DNA of 64,000 nt from Raillietiella orientalis (lineage: Eukaryota), in NCBI GenBank assembly GCA_036172245.1, contig JAYWIR010000010.1:2852001-2916000 (forward strand), written 5' to 3'. This document shows, piece after piece, positions 50,350 through 62,899 of this stretch. Within the stretch, counting starts at the first letter, position 1. Each line of letters opens with the position of its first letter. Made by a program: the position numbers and the translations under genes. Under the pieces are notes generated by a model. That model worked only from the letters and a program-made list of their open reading frames with translations. It had not been told where the DNA came from and did not search any database.

Positions 50350-51900
50350 CAACAGATGTCACCACAGAAGCGTTCGTGACCTCGACCAGTAAAATGATCC
50401 CATCACTATTGAATCCTCGGGACGCGGGGGAAAAAGAGATGTTTCATGCAGACGTCTCTCAGACCTTGGAAAAATACTCCAGCTCCGCATCCTAGCCAAA
50501 TGTGTTGCAACTACTCGAGCGATACAGATGATCCCGAGTAATGTCGAAGTACTCTTTGTGCAGTATTTCACAGCTCGATCAACACTTCCCTTGCCCGGGA
50601 AACAAATTACCAACTCGGCGATGGCGAGGTGCAGCATGCCTTTGATATCTTCGAAAGGAGCCGAGCTACACGGCTGGATGAAGTTTCGAACGGTTCGGTC
50701 TGTTGCCAGCCGTCTTGCGTTTCGCAAATTCCTCGTGAATCATCCGCGCACCTATTTCCCCTAGCACGCTCCTGGATTTATCCTTTCTGAAACGCTCTCA
50801 CTCTCTCTTCTGGACGGGGTGGAAAGCCAATAAAGATGATCTGCAGCAAGATATAGCCGCGAGTGCGAGCTAGGTTCTGGTGGATAATGAAGAAACGGTG
50901 CCACGACACTGAAACACGTGCGCTTTCGTGTGCCGCTGTCTGGCGGGTTCAAAGTCTACCGAGAAATTTGAGGATCTGCACGAATGCAGGGAGCGACGGA
51001 GCTGCCTTTTTCCAGCTTCGCACATCCGCGAAGGACGTGGAGTTCCTCGAGGATTCCTTTTCCACGGGAGGAAAGGAACTCGGCTTTGACGCTCACCCAT
51101 TGGCCACGGTGATCAGAAAAGTGAACAGGTGGATTCAAGAGATCGTGCCTGTTGTCACCAGGGGGTAGGGGACCGAAGGGGATGTTCTTGCGATGGTAGC
51201 ATTTCTAGGACAATTTGGGATCTCATTTCGATTCCTGCTCGATAGCAGGAGCGGTTTGATGAGTGCCTCAGTGATTGAGTAGAAACGGAGAACAAGTATC
51301 AGCAGATGCTTTATCTTCTTTGACAACCGAGAGGAAACGGAAAGAAAGCCGAGATAGCTGACAGGAATAATCCTTTTGGATTCATCGACACTTTTTTAAG
51401 TACAAAGAGAAGGAAACTTTTGCAAGAGTTGGATGCTCGTTAACTTGAAAGATGCAGCTGATGTTCAAGAACGTGGAACGCGTGATGAAAGAGACTGCCA
51501 ACTCTGCAATCCCTGTTTGATGAGGGGGAGAATGCAAGGTCTCATGCCCGGAAAAGTGTAACGAGCAAAGAACAGAAGCTTGGAATTCCCAGAGAGAAAG
51601 AGGGATGAGGAATTCGACATCCTCCCTCCTCCGCCTCAGGATGCAACAATCACTTATTGTGTTATTTTGCTTGCACTTGGACGCTGCTGCATTGGGGAGG
51701 CACGAGGACGAGACCTTTGGGATGCTCTGAAGCGCACACGGATCCGATCCATCCAGTTCTCTTTTGGCTGCAGCACAGAAAGCCCCAGATCCAAGGGGCA
51801 GAAGAACCGCTGCAAGCCGGCGTGGCACCGGGCACCTCCAAGTGCGCTACGAATTCCGTATCGCCAATGGGTCTGTTCACGCTGGTGCCAAACGCCGCCG
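50350..51900 (-). mobile_element. CRE-like RLE non-LTR retrotransposon relic (RT to RLE)
   Basis: DPLAI..PRRLAA and FFCPLDLGLSV (RPIAxGxxLRRL / PxQLGVG-like). SRLYLAADHLYWLSTP (ARLxxxxxxxxGAWLxxxP-like). RPEDSI..YWSRSRTLLW (RPD..PWxxGxxLxWD-like). Confidence 0.55.
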
Positions 51901-52829
51901 GCGCAAGCGCTTCATGATGGCGAGGCCAGGAAATTGTGTGCTAAAAGTGTGCAGGGCATAGCGTGTTACTCCTGCACAAACTCAGCGTAGCCGCCGAGCT
52001 CACGGCTTCTTTCGCCCTCCAGTTGACGCTGTTTCCACGCAGCCCCAGCATGGGAAGGCAAACAAACAAGCAAGCTGTCTTGTCTTGCGCTTTTATTGCT
52101 CTCGAGGTCTGATACTTTTAAAAGCTTCACGTAAGTCAGGCGATTTGCTTTCTCTGCAAAGGATGTGGCTCCAGTAGTGACCAAGGGGGATATGGCCTCG
52201 AACCGCGGTCCTTTGCTTGCCACAAGCAAAACTGCAAACGCGTCTCCAGTGCACTTTCCCGTGGAAATCCATGCAGGTTCTTGGAACATGACACTCCGTC
52301 TTTCCCCTGGGAGGAAAGGAAAAAAGAGTCTGCCGAATCCGGGAATGATTCTTCGACGACAGGACGGGAACCCGCACGTTTCTTGCATTTCTGCAACGGA
52401 AAAAAAAAAAAAAAAATGGGAGTTCTGGCGAAGCAGGAGCGCAGAGAAGTCCCGTCATTCACGGCGTCTGCCTGAAGCCCATCATTCACGAACCCTGCTG
52501 AACCTTCGCCGCGAGGACTTCAACGATTGCACTCACACCCCGCTGGTAGACTCATGCCGGAACTTATTTGTCGAAGGACGGAGGTTAGGAGCTGCACTCC
52601 ACTTTTCCTCCTTCTTGCAGTCCAGCTGCAAACCCGCTCATTCGGAAAGGCTGCACCAGTGAAACGTCACTGCCCATCCATCCACGAATACACCAACTTC
52701 AGGGAAATAAGCGCCAAAATGCAAAATGCAGTTCCAGTGGCATCAGTCAGAGTGTCCAAAGAAAGCCGGATGGGGGACCTGAGGGCTTTCCCTTCGAGGG
52801 GACGGGAAGGAGGCGTGAGTCCCTCTTAT

Positions 52830-53060
52830 TGGTGAAGAAATCGCGCTTTTCGAGGTAGATGAAAAGGTCATTTGTAAAGGGAAGGAGGAGCCTTCCTATC
52901 CCTGCATGAAAAAAAGCGGGGAGAGAACAGGAACGGTCGAAGTGAGGGCTCGGTCCACACTGACTCTGGACGTGAACCGCCACCTGTCTCGCGTAGCGGA
53001 AACGAGCCCAAGGGGAGGTGCAATGTGGCCCTTTCTGCTCAGCCGGACGCATGGGAAGCT
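52830..53060 (+). mobile_element. DIRS YR C-terminal relic
   Basis: KSRFSR*MKRS..VEVRARSTLTL..GAMW resembles SKxTISRWIK..VRAHSTR..AAxW. Confidence 0.35.
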
Positions 53061-55370
53061 CATCCGGGATTCGGGATACGTGCAAGGGCCTGACGGGAAA
53101 GAAAATGTCCTCCATCTCCGGTTCCTCAAACTTCCCTTCCGGTTGCGTCTCCCGAGCTTTTCCCATCCGGGACAGAAAGCTGCATTTTGTTCCGAGTCTT
53201 TTTCCGGCGTCAGGACGAGAGCAGTCTCGTGTTCCTGGTGACCCTGAGAGACGGTGGTTTGAAGCCGCACCACTCCAGAGGCGTACCGTGAAGGGAAAGA
53301 GCGCGGGAACGAAGAAAACGAGAGCGAAAGCTGCGCGAACTTTTTTTTTTCTCCGCGACGCCTACCCAGCCGCCTCCCCCTGCCGATGATTCTTGCCGGT
53401 GACAGCAGCGCGATCTGGGAGGCAGTAGCCAAAGGGTGCTCTGATACCCTCCAGGCCTCCTTGCTCCTTTCACGTCAAGAGGTCATGGCTAGGAAGACTC
53501 TCTTCCTGTTCTTGCAGTGGCTTGGGCGCCTGGACGCCGCCTTCGAGGAGTCAAGCTTGCAGTTCCTCCCGAGGACGTCAAAATGCACTCGAGGATCCTG
53601 CAGTTTTCCGAGAGTTTCCCCTTGCCTACACAGAGAGCCCATTCGGCGTGCCCTCGAAAAAAAAAAAAAACTCCCGTCTCCGGGAACGACCCACTCTGAA
53701 AAGAATGGAGGTGGGAATGTGTGGAATCCTCCCCACTGAATTTTCCAGCGGTGGTCGAAGTCCCGGAAAGGAAAGGAAGGCTCGCAGACGCCACACCAAG
53801 GGACCTGCGTGCGTCCCTGCGCGGAGCGCCGGGTGCTCTTCGCCGCTTCCAGGGAACTTCCCCTGGTCCCCTTTGTCTTCGGACTCTCCAGATGTAGGGC
53901 CTCGCACCCTTTGAAAAAAGAGACTGGAGGGGAAGAAATTCACCATCAGACCGCAAGGGACTCCAGCGCCTAATAGCAGAGAACCTCGAGGGCGACAGAG
54001 AGGTTGGGAAAGCAGCTGGAAGACGTAGAGGGTTTGGGTGGTTCGGCGGGATCCGAAAACCCCTGCGTTTCCAGTAAGACCGCCGGATGGATTTCCGGAA
54101 AGCTTCCCAAAGAGCGGAACCTCCATGGACCACATCTGTATCCTCAGTCACGTTTCTGGGACTGGGAAGCACCAAGATCAAAGGTTGAAGGTTTGCTTGT
54201 TGATTGGAAAACCAAGGAAGGGAGAGAACCGTTTTTCAGAGGGACCTCTAGAAGGCAGATTATGGGCGAAAGGTGCAGACGCTGGTCGGTGCTGGCAAAC
54301 TTCTGCCCCCTTCCCGGTAGACAGTAGGCGCGCACTGCTCCTTCCTCGGAGGCGCTGGAAAGCTCTCCGCCCTCAAGGAGTGTCTGTAGGGTGGGAAAAG
54401 AAAGTCGACTGGCTCTACGGCGAGGAGCCTAAAGTTTTCGGGAGCGGTGACGGGGGCAAGGCTTAAGCTCTAGCTCGGCGAAAACGCGTGGAAGAAGGGC
54501 GAACGGGAAGAATAGGGAAGGAATGTTAGAACCACTCGGAAACGGCAGAAGTCCCTAAGGAAGGGAGCGGATCGGAGAAGTCGTACGGGTTGCTGACCCA
54601 TCGGACGTGAGGGCGCGCCATCGGATAGGGGAATTTCCACTTCAGTTTCCTCCACCCCCTGCGAGGAAGGACCCTTGAGCACGTTTCCACTCCCTGGAAT
54701 CTGTTCCTCCAAAGTCTTCTTCCAGTTCCTCCTTGAGCTCCTGAGTCCACGATGGGAAAAAGAAAAACGGAAAGAGATGAGGAAAAGGAAAAGAGAAGAA
54801 AGAAGTGCGCAAGATCTTCGTCGTCCCTGGACGAGCAGCGGCACCACTGGAGGTACCAACCGTCCTATTCTGCTCCCATCCCTTGTCCATCCGTTGTGCT
54901 GGAGTCCCCAATGTTTCTGTTTTCTCTTCATCCTCTTTTCCTTTCTCTTTCGACGCTTCTGCTTTCTTTGGAGAAGGTCCTTCTCCCGCTGATAAGATTT
55001 CCAAGAGCGCGGGATGCGCGAGCTGTTGCTCGAGCGACGGAGAAAATCGGAAGAAGGAGGGAGAAGGAGAAAAACGCAACAGGGCGCGGCCGCCGTTGTT
55101 TCTAGAGCGGCGGAGAGGTCCAGATGGGACTCTCCCTCCGGGAAGCTGAAAGTTCCAGGGTCCTGCACTCCCGCAACGGTAGATGGGACTACCGCTGTCT
55201 TCCTCCCTTCAGGGACGTGTCGTCGCTGCCCACTGCCCCGACTGACACCCATCGGAAAAAAAGGACTCCGGGGACACAATCCCCCCCACCCACCTTCCTC
55301 AGACATTCATACCGCACGTCCCGAGTTCGTACCTCGATGACCTCCGCTGCTGGGCAGCGGCAGCCTATGG

Positions 55371-55777
55371 TCAGACGCAGCTCTCGTGCTGGTCGTCGGG
55401 AGCCGCCAGCAGCGCTCGGTTGGACGAGGAGGAGTCGCTGCATTCCCCAGTACCGCCTCCTCCTCCACCATCGTCGCAGTCCGACGAGCGGCGGTCGGAG
55501 GAGCGGGCGTCTCGGCTGTCGCCGCATCCGTCGAGTACCCTCCTCCGCCGCCTCCTCCTCCTCCTAGGGTCGGCGCTCTCGTCATCGCCCACGTCCTTCG
55601 CCGCTCCTCCTTGCGAAATCTGGCGTTCCTTGAGCTGCTGGGGTGCCGTCTCCCTCCTCCAGCTCGCCAGCAGCGTTTCCTTCTGCAGGAAATCCTCGCG
55701 GTCCTCCGGGAGGAAGAGACCATGATGTTTCTGGTGATGCTGGAGACCCAGACCGGTGGCGGTCGCGTAGCAACAGT
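55371..55777 (-). CDS. Sidestep/nephrin-like Ig receptor, last coding exon (cytoplasmic tail ending ...DDQHESCV*)
   Basis: Polypyrimidine TTTTTCCCAAG acceptor in phase 1, matching the upstream donor. 407 nt open to TGA. The C-terminal ESCV is a class I PDZ-binding motif typical of Sidestep-family tails. Confidence 0.8.
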
Positions 55778-56617
55778 CTTGGGAAAAAGAGCACAGAGAT
55801 CAGAGAGGATAGCAAGGACTGAGAGCTTCACCGAAGAGCTGCCACTCGTAGGCACGCTCCTTCCCCATTCTGAGGAGTTCTTCCTCCTATTCCTCCCAAC
55901 GTCCTCGCGGGTCGGACGGACAGAGGACTCCAGTCCCTCCTCCGCTCCCTGCCTCTTTCGAAGAGCAACTGTCCTCGGAGCCCGTCACTTCCCGAGCCAT
56001 CCCGCCAGCGGCGCTTCGTCGATAAAAGCACTGCCCTGAGTTCCCTTAAGCCACTCGCCTCGCTTCCTGGAAGCGGGGGAGACCACCCCGTCGACACGGC
56101 TTGTACCCCGCCCATCTTGCAGTCCTTCCTGTGCTCTTCCGGGAGGAGAAAATGCGCCCCCAGCAACTCTTCCGCGAGGGCACACCTCCGAAAGAGCCTA
56201 CCTCATCCCCGTGCCCTTTTGCCCTCTCTTTTTGACTCGATCTGCTCACCCCTCCCCGCCTTCAGTCACCACTCCTTGGTCTCTTGTAGGATGTCTCCCA
56301 AGGTCTGCTTCTCAGAAAACTTCCTTGGAGTGCCGTCAAGATGGCCACCGAGCACTCGAGTCCTCAAGGGTGGCATGCCTCGGTCAAGAGCGTTTCCCGT
56401 GGTGAACCCCACGGGCACTGCCGGGAAGCTGATACGCACGGCGTCCCTGTGAGCATTCCTCCCCTCCCCTCCCCTTCCCTTCCCTTCCAGCTCCAGTCTC
56501 CTTCCTGCTCCTAGGGAACCTTCTTCCTCTGAGCTCCGGGGACTTACCGGAACCAGGGAAGCGGCGAATCCCTTTCGTGGGAACCCCAGGATAGTGAGAG
56601 TCGAGATGGCATCTTAC

Positions 56618-56839
56618 CCAGTCGGCCGTCCCTGGGGATAATGTCGGGGTTGGTCTCCTTGAGCTTCCCGTCGACGGCCTTCCCGGAGAGCCCACAGGGG
56701 TGTGCCGCCGTCAGTGCTTTTTGCTTCCCAGACATCCTCAGCGTCATGGTGACCACGGCAATGGCGGCGAGCAGAACGAGGGTGACGATGGTTCCCATCA
56801 GGATGGCCAGAATGGGGGTGACTTGGAAGTTGGGATCTC
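56618..56839 (-). CDS. Sidestep/nephrin-like Ig receptor, transmembrane exon (DPNFQVTPILAILMGTIVTLVLLAAIAVVTMTLR...KETNPDIIP)
   Basis: CTCTTCTAG acceptor and GTAAG donor, 222 nt, phase 1/1. The 'TPILxIL' TM start and juxtamembrane NPDIIP motif are characteristic of arthropod Sidestep paralogues. Confidence 0.88.
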
Positions 56840-57942
56840 CTAGAAGAGACAGCGTTGGTGGCACCACCCCCACCTTGGCCAATAGAAAGCCCTGCATGTC
56901 GCTTTTTGGCAATGCTCTGAGGCATTCTGAAGCCCCCCAGCGTGGAAGAAGAGAGGGACGATCGAGTTGGCAGCGGGGCAAAGGAAAGGCGAGTCGTCCT
57001 TTTCCCGAGATGGCAGATGGCTTCTGGGGGCTCGGCCTGCTCGGCGTCGGGCGTTCCGAGGTTTCGCCGCCCTCGGAGCATCTCTGAGGGAGCGCGCCGA
57101 GCTGTGCAACGGGTCGCCAGCTCTGGATGCCCTTCCTCGTCTTTGCCTCAGGTCCGGAGGGTGAAGCCCTTGCGAGACGCGCCGGATGATCCCAAGTGAA
57201 GGCATTCACCACGACTAGGAAGACGCCCTTCGCACCCTTCCCTTTTCTCTCTCGCGTGCGGCAATGCTTCTGGGAAGCCTCGGTGGCATCTCTGAGCTGC
57301 TTCTTCCGAGAAGAGCTCCGTCCCGAGGGCACGCGTTCTGCACTCGCTAGCCTCCAGGACCACTGGGCACTGCTCACACCGCCGGACTGCACCATCGCGC
57401 GTTTGTGTACGAGAAGGGCGTACTCCTCCCTGCTCTCTCCGTCGCCCAGGTTCTCCTGACCTCCGCGTTGCTGCACTCAGTCTGGACGATGCCGTGGAAA
57501 CGACAGCTCCGCTCACGCGTTCTCGTGAGTTGCCGCTGCGCGAGGTCACTCGTAGTCCAAAGGGTGCGAGCGTCTCGTTGAAAGAAGCGGAGAAGAGAAA
57601 GGGTGCAGATGCTGCTGGCGGGCTACTCGCCAGATCCGTGGCTCCTAGCAAGGTCCACCCCTTTTCCGATATAGGTTTTCGCGCGTCCACCACATCCCGG
57701 AAGCGATTGTTCAGTGCGGATTGTTTTGGGTCGAAGAGAGGAAGGGTGTAAAGGAAAACTCGCGTTTTCCGATTCCTTTCCCTTCCCTTCTTGATTTCCG
57801 CTCTGGATTTTCCCAAGATTTTCAGGACCAGCGGGATCTAGTTTGTGGAAGTCGCTTGCTATTCCTCCCTGTGCCGCATGATCTCCCTTCCCTTTCCATT
57901 GCTACGGAGGTTTCGGGATCGACCGGTCTGCAAACACCGACG

Positions 57943-58500
57943 AAGGAGTCCGCTCCTCTTGGCAGACGAATTCCACCCTCGCCCTGGTTGTCTCCGAAGG
58001 AAACCTTTCCCTTATGCTCTCCGAGGGGAACTCAGAAAGATCAGCTTCCTGTTTTCTCCTCTAAAAAGAACCCTGAAGGGACGCTTCCCGATTTTCCTGG
58101 TGAGTCGCTCCCGAAGAGAGCAGCGCGCTTCTTATGCTCTGGAGAGGCAACCACCCGAGGGGGATGTCAATCAACTCCATGGTACGCGCTGGAGAGTCCC
58201 CTCACCCTTTCCAAGAGGAGGGGACGGCATCATTTCCACAACCTGAAGGGAACGGGCTGCTTGATTCCTGGAAGGACCCCGAAGGATCAACTTACAATCC
58301 TGGTCAATCAACAGGGGCATCCGGTTTCCACAAGTGCAGCACCCGAAGCCAACCGGGGCCCACCAGCGTGATTCTGTAGGAGGGTGCTCGGAGCCCACGA
58401 CGCACCCCCCGTTCTCTGGCGTCGATCCTTCCCCTGGGGAGATTCGAACCAGCGAAGCTTGGTACCACGAGCGGAAGGCGCACCCACGTGGCTGCCAACT
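57943..58500 (-). mobile_element. tRNA-derived long SINE-like element, copy D (diverged, intronic)
   Basis: The - strand head TGGCAGCCACGTGG...TCGCTGGTTCGAATC has A- and B-box-like elements. Body motifs include GTCCTTCCAGGAATCAAG and CCTTCGGAGACAACCAGG. Confidence 0.75.
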
Positions 58501-59550
58501 CGGACTCAGGCAGCGACGAGGGGGTTTTCGTTGCTGTGGTACCGCGTCTTCCTTGCAGTGCGAGGGAGAGGGGAAATTTCTTCCTCCCATAGCCATGGAC
58601 GCGCTTCCGTGCAGCGAACGTTCTCTCTCCCCTCCATCCTTCAGATCAAGAGAGAAGTGCACACCACCGATGAGCTGGAGCTTGCGCGTTCGCGTCATTT
58701 CATATCCCTGGAGCGCCTGTGCCATGTGATCAGCCTTCCCTGGGAGTCTCCGAGCAGTTGGCGAGCTGGACCCGGAGGCGGATGCCTTGTGCATCCGCGG
58801 CACGTGGCTCCCGACTCACGCTGGCAAGTGGATAGCGGAAGGGCTCTCAGGAACCTCGAAGGAAAAGAGGGCGTGCTTTGCTTCAAACGTCGCCATTCCG
58901 GATTAGAGGGAGGGGTGCTGCCGCTAGGTTGCGTGACCTTCGAGGTCACCAGAGGGTGAGGCGCATGCTCCCTGACGCAGGACTGCCTTTCGGCGGTTTC
59001 ATCCTCCTCCCCTTACTCTAGCTCGATACGGGTCTCAGTAGCGCCTTCATACACAGGGTCTATACCAGCCTGGAGGCAGGGAGGATCCTGTTTTATATCC
59101 TTCACTTCAGTCCTCAAATCCCTCAAATTGCGTGTTGGCCCGCGTCCCGATAGTCTTCCGACGAAGTTTCCACCCTTCGCAGACCCACACCGTAACCTGT
59201 GATCCAAACCCACCGTGATCTTACGCTCCGAGGGAAAGATGAGTTTGAAATACTCGCTTTCTTTAACGCTTCCTCGGAAAAGGCAACCAGCTGCCCTCTC
59301 AGTCTGTATAGATAGAGAACATCTTCACTTTCCACTGTTTTGCCCGACCGCTCTTTCCAAGTAGCTTCTTGGAATCCTTGGAGGAGTGTAGGGATCTGTC
59401 TCGGATCTCACCGAAAGACCGGTCGCGGGTCTCCGCTGGTCACGGACATTTGAAGACTGGACGTTCTCAGTGCAGTAGCAGCAATAGGAGGGGCACAAGT
59501 AGGAAGGCAACGAGAAGGATGAGGAGTCAAAGAGGAGGAGGCTGCCTTAG

Positions 59551-60860
59551 TTAAAGGGGGACTACTTGGGAGGCGCACTCTACCGCTGGGACTTTTCGTT
59601 CTTTACAGAGAAAGTCCTGGAAGAGGTCGAAGGCAGCGACCCGAGGTGACTGAAGCTGCGAACTTGGCATGGAGGAGGAGCTACCAGCTCCTGAGAAGCC
59701 TGCGACTAGGGAACAGCGACGGCGCGCTGGAGTGTGGGGATGAAAGCGCCCCATCCCCCGATTGTGGGACGAGGGAGGTACAGCGAAGGTATGAAGCTCG
59801 GAAAAAGCGTGTAACCAGAGACTGGATTTCCGGAAAGCAGAAGAGCAGAGACGAAAGAGAAGATTCAACTCATTCTTCGCGGGAGTAATGCGAGGACTCC
59901 GATCATTCTGGGGAATAATGCTATATAACGGCTGTGGCGCCTGGACAAGGGAAGAGCAGATTCCTGATTCCCGAGCTCGGTACTCCTGAAAAAGCGGCAA
60001 ATCCTAGTTGTTTGACAGAGAATACGAGACGACCCGGAAGTTACCAAAGCCCAGACTGGGTGTCCTGGAAGGGGGAAAGAGTTGGGAGAGGGATGGTGGT
60101 AAAAACATCTCTTAGAGGACGGAGGGACAGAAGGCTGAAGAAGAGATTTCTCTGATTGCTGCCTGTGAGAAGACGCGGCTGAACTTCTGCCAATGAGACT
60201 CACAGCTGAGGAGCACGGAGAGACGAGGTCCAGAAACGGCAGAGCCAGGAAAGCACCCGTAGTTTTCCAAAAAGAAATCTGGGTGATGACTTCACGAAAG
60301 GATTGAGGACCTTTAATTTCGTCAGGAGTGCAATGATGAAGGTGACGAGGACACGCAAGACAGAAGAGTCATCTACTCCCTCCCGATCCACGAAGGACAA
60401 CCCAAGGCTGCAAGTTCACGTTGAGATCATGCAGCAATCTTAGGTCTCCTGGAAATGCCACGGAGCAACGTAGACCTCTAGTGTTCCCTGCGTGAAATTC
60501 CATAAAGATAAGTCTTCAAAGTTACAAAGGTCAACCCCATACGGTACTCGCTGCTTATGTCGGAAAAATCACACTTTTGTTCCCAGATGCTTTGAAAGGA
60601 CACGCCCTTTCAAACTGAGAACTTCAGAAAGGAAGCAGAGGGATGGCTTGCCATCCGAAGCTGGAGCAGGGAGTATCTGGACGGAAAGAACAAGCACCAA
60701 AACGTGCACAAGTGGAACACTGCGGGAGAGCGTCCCTCTTCCAGTTGGTTGATGGGATGCTCCCTGAAAGAACCAAAAGAAGGGCCAAACCTCTATCGCC
60801 ACGCCTTGTGGGCCCCACGAGTGCTGGGGGCGCGCTCCTGGATCGAGAGACACATAATTG
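59551..60860 (-). mobile_element. Degenerate DIRS element (RT and YR fragments)
   Basis: EVWPFFWFFQGAS (LPFGL-like) and FHPHTPARRRCSL..AAFDLFQDFLCK (PHSTR..TFxxFY-like). Confidence 0.4.
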
Positions 60861-62899
60861 ATTTACTCTTCTTGCAGGATTTACCGAATTCTGCGAATAC
60901 CGGGAAAGGCATGCCACATCACGCAACTGCATCGATAGGATCCTTAATTAATTTGCATGCACACGGGAGGACGACGTATATTTTGCAGTTGCAGCTCGCG
61001 GATCTGCAACAAGTTAATTCATCATCGGAACTTTGAAAGAGAAAAAGAGCCTCCATCAAATTTTATCGACATGCGTGCTGAGAGATGCGATAAATGGACG
61101 TGCCGGAGCAGTTATTCTGAGCGGAAGCGGAATAATGAACGCCGGCGATCGATGCCTTGACTGGTGTTCCAGCTACTCCGTGCAGGAGCCCGACTCCCTT
61201 GCATAAATAAAAAAAATTATTTGTATGCGGAGATATCTCGTAGCGGGCCTGCCACGAGGCTGGCGGGAGCCTATTTCCAGGAAGACCCGCCGCGCAGCGA
61301 CCTGCAAGACCGTTTGCAGGACACAGCTAAACGCGAAGATGTACCCCTACGAGTTCTTGCGCGAATAGGTCTGCCTCCATCGGGAAATGCCGGGGAGAAG
61401 GCAAAAGTGTTGAGGAGGGGGACGTGGTATGCAGTCGCCTCCCAGACGTGCTTGCAGAGATGCATTTGTCGACGGCGCCGGCAGCACACACCGGACGCCT
61501 TCGGCAGTGCCACCCCCCTAACTGCGAGAACCCAAAGCCCAACTGGCATGGTGGCGACCACCTCCTTCACGACACTAAGGACGGAGAAGAGCGTTCATCT
61601 CGAACAATTCTTAGGAAACCAACGGGAACGCCCTGGCTGTGTCATTTCCTTAATGCACGGTGTGCACTCACCTGACACCTATTGACAAGAATTCCGAAAG
61701 AAATAAAGTTTCAATGTGATGCGAAAGGAGGAACGGGCGGATTGTGGGGCTCCGGGAAACTCCAGTCGGGAAGTGGACCCAACCGCAGAGGACGCTTATA
61801 TCGTGACAGGAGTGAGCTCGCAGCAGCTGGGAAAGGAATGGGAACATTCACCTGCACGGTGTTTCTATTCCCATCCAAACATGCTCTTCTCTGCTCACCG
61901 TCCGGAACATCGCCGCAAAAATACGCGGCGGTGAGATTCGTGAGGTTTTAGCGACCGGAAGTTCGGAAGACAACGGGCAGGCATTTGGCTCCACCGAGGG
62001 CAAATCTGTTAGAGGGGAAAGTGATCCGTATGGGGGTGCGCGTGCAAGGAGCACCCCTCCGATCAAACCCGGCTTCAGTTCATGCGCCGGGGCAAACCGC
62101 TGACCCTCGCTTGTCGACTCTCGGTTGGCCTCTTCGGCGACCAGACTCGAAGGCACCGCTGCGTCGCTCGAATTCCTCCTCGCGCAGAGAAACTCCCCAG
62201 CGACCTCCAGGATCGCGCGAAGCGAAAATTTATATGCAGAAAGAAAGCAAATCGAAGAAAGTAAGAAAAATGCTGTTTCGCTCCGAGTACAGCGAGTACG
62301 GATTAAGAGCTCTGGTTTCAGATTTACGATGGCACTTAATGAAGAAGGCAAGACGGATGGACCAGAGCAAACGGGCGTGCGCTCGTATAATCCTCGCTAA
62401 ACTACTGTTAATCAGATCGCCTCGATTCCTGAGGTTCTGTGACCAGTCTCCAGTGAAAGAATCGCCATCATTATTCAGTGATTTAGCAACACTTATTATC
62501 TCTGAGAGTGGGCTCCCGACGATGTACCCCATGGCTGAAGTTTCGGGGGAGGGAGGGAAAGGGAGAAAAGCACGGGTGTTCGGCTCTCGGAAGGGATACA
62601 AGCAAGCAAGCTCCAGAAATCGACCTACGATTGCGCAGAACTCCGCGGCGCCAGTTCGTAGGCGGATTTCACGCCCAGATGAAAGCAGGTGAGCATGAAA
62701 CGGGAATTTTTCCTTGTTGCAGCCTCCCGCACACTAAGGTTCGTTTCCGAACATCCACTTCGAGGCCTGTCCAAGAGGTGAGGAGGAGAGGCACGAGGCT
62801 GGCCCCTAGGCGGGGATGGCACGAAGAGAGCGAGTCAAGCAAAGGACTTTTGCTGCGAGGGTGGCGCGACGTCCTCCCCTCTCCTGCGCGCTCTTGGAT

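Noticed and set aside
54470..55306. 278-aa Lys/Arg-rich ORF, briefly considered as delta-antigen-like
   Set aside because: It is low-complexity purine-rich sequence downstream of the Sidestep-like stop, with no HDAg motifs.
62158..62232. HDV-like ribozyme (TCCTCGC loop, GCGAA, GTCGCT/AGCGAC pairing) upstream of a CRE-like relic
   Set aside because: P3 does not pair and the putative P1' strand is displaced by about 14 nt, so the nested double-pseudoknot topology cannot be built.
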